DNA of 7,490 nucleotides from Paraspadella gotoi (Eukaryota; Animalia; Chaetognatha): assembly GCA_051294375.1 (NCBI GenBank), contig JBJCIZ010001436.1, forward strand, positions 1 to 7,490, given 5' to 3'. This document shows, piece by piece, positions 1-6,600 of this stretch (position 1 is the stretch's first letter; every line of letters starts with the position of its first letter). Under the pieces are notes generated by a model. That model saw nothing but the letters and a program-made list of their open reading frames with translations, was not told the origin of the DNA and searched no databases. Position numbers and translations under genes: made by a program.

Positions 1-16
1 ATTCCTCTGCGATGCG
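1..16 (-). repeat. Probable first 16 nt of the 3' LTR (CGCATCGCAGAGGAAT...)
   Basis: Directly follows the PPT. The second LTR copy is not in the window, so the repeat cannot be confirmed. Confidence 0.45.
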
Positions 17-29
17 TCCCCCCCTCCTC
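17..29 (-). promoter_or_regulatory. Polypurine tract (plus-strand primer for reverse transcription)
   Basis: The minus strand reads GAGGAGGGGGGGA (13 purines) about 580 nt downstream of the pol stop, the expected PPT position. It is the only G-rich purine run in the 3' UTR. Confidence 0.75.
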
Positions 30-194
30 AGACGACGGCGCACGCGGTCAGTCGGTAGCCGGAGTGAGGTCCTCAGTGATGCCGGCGCCGTTGATTTGCT
101 TGCCAAAGCTTGGAGCGAGGATTGCGATGATGACGAGGTTTTCGTTTTGAGAAAAGTTTATTTTGATTTAATTTTAATTAATTTTAATTTAGAG

Positions 195-260
195 TTTTGG
201 TTTTTTTTTGTTTTTTTTTTGGTTTTTGGTGTTTTTTTTTTTTTTTTTTGTTTTTTTTTG
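195..260 (-). repeat. A-rich homopolymer tract 2 in the 3' UTR (T runs on the + strand)
   Basis: T runs up to 18 nt (232..249) separated by G or GG, flanked by an AT-rich TTAATTTTAA-type repeat at about 166..191. Confidence 0.9.
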
Positions 261-467
261 AATTTGGATTGACGAGGCAAGGCGAGTTGTTTCACTTTTG
301 GTCTGTTGTTTGTGGCTAGAGGCCATTTGTCATTGTTTTCCCCGTGGTCATCGTTGTCGTCGTTATTGTTATTGTGGGCTTTAGTTGCCAGCTGTGTTGA
401 GGTCAGTGTTTTCGTCGTTGTTTCACAGTGATTATTCGATCTTGTCTCGTTTGTGCTCTTGTTATTG

Positions 468-530
468 TTTTCTTTTTTCTTTTTTTTTTTCTTTTTTTTT
501 TGTTTTTTTGTTTTTTGTTTTTTTTTTTGT
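468..530 (-). repeat. A-rich homopolymer tract 1 in the 3' UTR (T runs on the + strand)
   Basis: Runs of up to 11 T separated by single C or G. Confidence 0.9.
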
Positions 531-608
531 CTCTACGTCTTTCGTTATCTTTAACTTTTGTACTTCTTTTATTTACAATAGTTCGTTTCTATCCCTTGTT
601 CTTGGTTT

Positions 609-3600
609 TTACTGGCCGTGTAGTTTTAGGCGACGTCGATGATATTTGAGCATCTGGCCAGCCACGGAGAGGACAAAGTGATTTCCATCCTTTTCTACGA
701 CTTTGTGGGGCCCAGAGTAAATCCGTTTTACTTTGTTCTCCGTTGTCGCCGTTCCGGTCATGATGAGGTCACGGCGGGCAAGAACTAGGTCACCTACTTT
801 TATTTCCTCTGGCCGTTTGTAAGGGTTTCGTCTGGTTGATTGTCGGTAGAGTTTTGTTCTCTGATTTGCCAGCTGGTCTCGTGCCTTCTCCTGTCGGTCA
901 GCTCTATGGCGGATGAAGTCGATGAGATTTCTTTTTGTGAAGTCGTCAGCGGCTTCCACGATTCTGGGCCTATGTCCGAATTGGATTTCATGGGGCGACA
1001 TGTCCGTTTTCCATCCAATTATCGGGGTCGCGTTTAGGAGTAGCATCAGATGTGGAAGCTGTTCAAGCCATTTGTTTGGCTTGTCTTCAACCGCTTTTCG
1101 TAGAGCTTGTCGTATCCTGCCTATATCTCTTTCTGCACGGTTACTGTCTTTTCTCCCGACTAGTACCCGTCTACCGACCGTGTCGAGTAAATCCAGGATA
1201 GACTTCATTGCGTTTCCATTTAGTTGCGTGGCTCCGTCAAAGTTTATTTCCATGTAAGAGCCATGTTGGAGGAAAATCTTTTCGTCGAGTGTTTTGACGA
1301 TCGTTGCAGCGTCTGCCCGGCGTAGGGGTATTGCCCAGGTATATGCCGAGGCATTATCTGATGCGACAAGGATGTAGCTCTGCCCATTTACTGGTGGAAG
1401 ATGCATGACGTCGATGCTGAGGGATTCCCACGGGGCGATTGCAAGGTTGGGTGCTGACGGTGTTTCATTGTTTCTTTGCACATCGGTTGCTTTTGCGCAA
1501 TTTTCGCAGTTTCTGACGCATTTGGCTGCGGCTGTCGTCAGTCCTGGGGCCGAGACGTATTGGGCTGTGATGAAGGCTGTTCGGTCGCGGCCTGGGTGTC
1601 CAAAGTGTTGATGAATCTGCTTTGCTATTTCTTCTGCCTTTTGTGGAGGAATCACAAATTTGGCAGTGGGCGCGTCACCTTTGAAACCTTTTAGTATGAG
1701 GATGCCATCCGTCGTTACGTCCAGGTCATTGATGCAATTTGACAAATATCTTTCTGTCAATGTTTTTCTTTTTTGCATTTTTTTGTCCAGTGACCTTTGT
1801 GCCTCATCGCGATCGCCTCTCTTTAACGCATTGACGACCATTTTGAAGGTTTCGTCTTCCTGTTGCCATTTTTTTGCTTCTGAGGCGATGGGAATGAGTT
1901 TTCTCCTCTTTGTTTGAGGCTCGGCAATCTCTTCTTCGATTTCTGAAGCAGTGGCGTCGACATCTGCCTCAAGGGTGCTGTCGACCATCACTTCTTTATC
2001 CGTCCCTGGCCATCTCGATTTGACGGTGCTGATTGCAGTTGAGTCCACCTTGGTGGGTTCCTCGAGTAGTTCCTGGGTCGGTTGTCCAACTTGGATGTTG
2101 ACAAGGTCGGTTGGGAGAGCGTCAACGTGACAGGAGGCGATGTTGTGGCGTTTTGGCCGTCCTCGTCGTTCTGGTGGCCTTAGGTCGGCTACTTTAATGG
2201 TTTGAATAGGTTTTTTTGTTGCTGGGCGAAGTTGGCGTCGAATTTGCTGGTCACTTACTAAGCTAACTTGTCCTGTGATTGTGCGGAATATTTTTACTTT
2301 TCTGTCATAATTTGGAGAACCGTAAACCTTTTCGAATTTGCATCCAGTTTCTCGAGATGAGTCTTCATCCATGATTACGATGCAGATGCCGGTCATCTCG
2401 CTTAACATCTCTAACTCTGGATGTCCAAGGCTCCAGTCTTTCGCCGAAATAGTTCTGATGAAAGTGTCGGCGTCTTTTGTTTTTGGTTTTCCATACAATC
2501 TTTCCATGTTTTTCTTTTTTTCAAAGAACTGTTGGCGAACGAATTCAAAAAATTTTGATCTGAAGGTTTTGGTTTCTTCCTGTAGAACTTGTGCCATTAG
2601 TGCAAGTGTTGGTGCATGCCCAGTTACAAGATCTAAGTGTTCCGGGCTTTCATGGTCTTCAACTGGGTTTTCGGCGTATCCAGGTTGGTATTCACCTTCC
2701 ACGTCAAAGCCTGCCGGGAAGAAGGGAGTATCCAAGGGCGTTACCTGTCCCTGTTCGGTGAAACGCGTTAAGAAGTCAGCGGGGTTGTCCTCACTTTTCA
2801 CAAGGACCACCTCCTTCGGTTGACATTCTTGTCGGATCTCGGTAATCCATCTCAGTACGTTTGTTGGTAAGAGCTGTTGCTTGTCATGTTGGAGATCCAT
2901 TACTCGTTTAAAGTATTGTGAATCTGTGACAAGGGTGACGCGTCTGCCGCATGTGTAGCCTTTAAATTTCCTTACCATCATGTTGAAGGCTAAGGTTTCT
3001 AACACGTTTATGTGTTTGATGCGATACTCCTCGGGAAAAGATTTTGAGTGGAAGGACAGAGGATATTCGACACCGTCCGCTGTGGCTGTTATTAAGCCGC
3101 CCATAGCGCTGGTGCTTGCGTCGGCGTATATCCTGTAATTTCCATGTTTTATCCTTGCGTCATTGAGGAAGTTTAGGCCTGGCGATGCTTTGATTTCCTC
3201 TATAAGCAGTTGGAGCATCTGGATGTGCTTCTCGGTTAATTTAAAGTCTTTTTTGTCAAGCAGAGTCAAGGCATGGAGTGGTTGAGCAATGTAAGAGAAG
3301 CGATGGGTAAAGCATCTGTAGTAGTTCAGAGATGCTAGCATCGCTCTTAGCTCCTTTTGAGTTTTGAGAGATTTCAACTTGATTTCGACAGCCTCCAGTT
3401 TTTCTTTTTGCGGCATGAGTTTGCTTTTGGAAATGCTAAATCCAAGGATTTTAATGTCTTCCTTGCGCAGGAGGACACTTTTTGTCCACTTGAGAACGAC
3501 ATTCTCGTCTCTGCATCTCTGCAGTAGTTCGCGAAGTCTCCCAGCCATGTCTTCTGGCGACTTGGCAGTGAGTATCAAGTCATCCACATAGACGAGAAAA

Positions 3601-6600
3601 CTTTTGACATCCGTTCCAAGGTCTTGAAAAATTTCGTCTAGGATGGCCTGAAGTACATTTACACTGTTGACTCCTCCCATTGGTAGCTTGTTCATCCACC
3701 AGTTGTGCCCTGCCCCTGCAAAGGTAGTCACGGGTTTGCAGCGGTCACTGAGGTTGACTTGGTGAAAACATGCTAATATGTCGACTGAGCATTGGAGTTC
3801 GTGCGGTTTGTACTGCTCGAGAATTGAGGCGATAGTTTGTGGTTCTGTTGCATAAGTTGAAATGTTGTTGTTTACCGCAGACAGGTCGCATATGAGCCTC
3901 CACTGTTTTGCAAAAGTTTCGTCGTTCATTTCGTCCTGTCCTTCGGCAATATGTCCGGGTTTTTTTATTAGGAAAGCGTTCGAGTATGCTTCATTTCTCG
4001 TTCTGGAGACAATGCCAGCTTTTTCGTAAACTTCCAAGTAACGTTTTAAAGCCGCTTTTTTGACAGGGCCTTGGTTGGCGAATTTTGGCTTGGGAAGGTC
4101 GTCGTTAGTGTAGCCAAGGTCGACTTTATAATTTAGAAAACCTTCTTTACAGTCATTGATAGTTTCCCCAAACACATCTCTGTACTCCCACACAATCTCC
4201 CACACTAGTTCTGCTTTGTCACGCAGGCTGGGGTCGACGTCCTTGAATGGTTTCAGAAACGCCTCTTTTCCACGTGCGTCGTGTTTTTGCCGTCTTTTGT
4301 TACGCGCTTCCTCAACGGCCTTAATCTCCTCTTCCGTCGGTTTGTGGTGAACGATTGTGGTGGCTGGGATGTGATCCTTCCTGACCTTTCTGAGGATTGG
4401 TTTGACCCCCGTTAGATCTGCCTGGACTGGTTCCGCTGTCCTTTCAGTGTCCAGTCCCAACTCGCTTTTTGCTTCATTTGTTACCAGAGGGCGTGCCAAG
4501 CCCCATGGCCCTGGGTTTGCATCAATTTCGAGGCCCTCTCGTAGTTGGTCTCCGTCGGCGATGTACATATTTTCGCCATCTTGAGATTCGAGAATCCATC
4601 TTGTCCCTGCAAGCGTTTTCCAGTAGGGTTTGCCAGAAGTGATCCTGGTTGTGCCTTCACTGTCGCGTTCTGCGTGCAGGGGGAGGGTAGTTTGGTCATC
4701 CAGATTTCCACGTGCTAACCATCTGGCCGCTTTCAGGGCTTCATGCTTGTCCCTGAAAAGGTGGGTGACTGGTTTGTTCCCCATTGATGCGATTTGTAAG
4801 TCCCTTCTTTGTTCAGATGGTTGTACTACCCACAGTTGTTCTGGCGGTCCTGGGTTAGTAACCGCTGTGCCAATGATGATGTCTTGGTCATTTTCATCTG
4901 CCGAGACATAGAAAACTGTGTGGAGTATCCATTGTTGGAACATTATTCTGAGGTTGATTCTTTCAGTGAGGGTGATTGTGCCTGTTGCCGTGGACAGGCG
5001 TAGTGGAGTACCATGGTATATATGGTTTGATAGTGACCATTTTTCGATAAATTTTCTCGGGACTGTGTTTACCGAGGCGCCTGTGTCATACAAGCAGCTT
5101 GCAGGCGCTCCTGCTATGACAGCCGGGATGTAGCTGTTTTTTCCTGTGTGACAAATCCTTTGGGTATCATCCCTTGGGTCCGGGCCTTCATGACTTTTTA
5201 TGGTGTGAGCTAGTCTTTCTGGTAGTGCTGGCATGTCCTTCTCGTCTTTTGAAGTTTCCGGTGTTGTTGGCGCTGGGAAAAAATTTTCCGGTTGGTGACA
5301 TTCCAGCTCAATTCGCCTGATAGTCGCCTGGTGAAGAGATTCTCCTGTTTGTTCCCCAGCTATAATTTGATAAGTGGGGTTCCCTTTGTCTCCAACTGGT
5401 CTAAGCTTTCTTAAACTTGGCCTTTGTCCACGCCTTATTGGGTTTGGCCTGTTTGGGCCTGGTGGTGGCGGGAGTGATGTTGGTAGAGATGGCTCAATCT
5501 CGGTGTTGAGCAGTGGAGAAGTCTCATTACGGTTGGCCCGTCTTACGAGTTTAGCACAAGCTTTTGACCTTGCTATAATTGCTCGTTTCCCTGGGGCATC
5601 TGTTTTTGCCCATTCCATCCACCCAATCTTGTGGATGTGCTTGTTGGTTAGTGCGACCTCTTCCGCTGTGAGAGGTTTTAGTAGCTTAAACATTCGTGAT
5701 GCTGTAGATTTGCCTCGAAGTTTACTTGCAGTTTCAGCTATTTCTTTTATCTTTTCTTGGTCAGCTTGGTTGACTGACGACGTGCTAAATTGCATGACTT
5801 TTTTTCCTAGAATCTGATAAGTCTCTTTTAGCTTTTGTTGTTGTTGTTTTTCTTTCTCGATTTTAGAGTTTTTATTAATTACACGGTGATAATAGAAATC
5901 GTCTTTATTTACATCAAATTCATCAATGGAATCACTTTCAATTTCACGGGTTAAGTCTACAATGTCGCGTCTGCGACCAAAAGCAGTGGGCATTTTCTCC
6001 TTTCTGTTGTCTCTCCAATTGGTTCTTTTCTCGTTTTTCCAATCACGGTTTCGACCTCCGTTGTATCTTTTTTCGTATCCGCGATCGGGGCTATAGCGTC
6101 GACGATCATATTGACGCTCGTATTGGCGCTCATTTTGTCCCGGGCGACGAGTTTGGTCCAGCTCTTTTCTCATCTCCTTTATTTTCTCATTCATGTTGTT
6201 CATCTCTTGGAGCATAGATCCCTGGTAAAATGCCGTGGCGCTGGTGGAGGGATCCTTATCCGTTTGACCCTTTTGGACGAGGGCATTAATAAGTTTTTCC
6301 TTATCGTCGTCCGATACCGTTTTTACAATTTTCCTGACGGAGTTGTCGGGATTTTTTTTTAGATATCCCCGCAGTTTATACTCGATGGCTTTGCCTAAGC
6401 GTCGAGTTTCTCCTCTCTCGAGCATTTGAGTCCACTCAAGAGTTTCGGAGGTAATGCCGGGCACATATGGTTCCATTGCCTCCACAAGCATTTGGGCGAC
6501 ATAGTCTGGAATGGACGCTCTGTCTTTCTCCCTCACCGTCTCGAAATTTTCCTTTGCTGCATTTACGAGGGCAAGGCCGTATTTGGCATGGACCTGGGGG

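Noticed and set aside
25-95. Possible hammerhead or HDV-like ribozyme (two CUGAGGA matches to CUGANGA; GCCGGCAU resembling the HDV 5' end) on the minus strand
   Set aside because: There is no correctly placed stem II-GAAA and cleavage triplet for a hammerhead. For HDV, P1 pairs only 5 bp, and the P1.1 GG and a P2 pseudoknot partner are missing.
195-530. Poly(A) tail of a non-LTR retrotransposon or a separate SINE insertion
   Set aside because: The protein has PR, RNase H and a DDE integrase typical of LTR elements. No target-site duplication or Pol III A/B boxes were seen around the tracts.
12-649. Phe-rich + strand ORFs (12..272, 385..642, 428..649) that look like membrane proteins or an antisense env
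   Set aside because: The hydrophobicity is simply translation of the poly-T tracts, which cannot contain stops. There is no other coding signal.
5799-6361. A-runs on the coding strand (about 5799..5805 and 6353..6360) as -1 frameshift slippery sites
   Set aside because: Gag and pol are already in frame, no downstream stimulatory structure was evident, and A-runs are expected from Lys codons on an A-rich strand.
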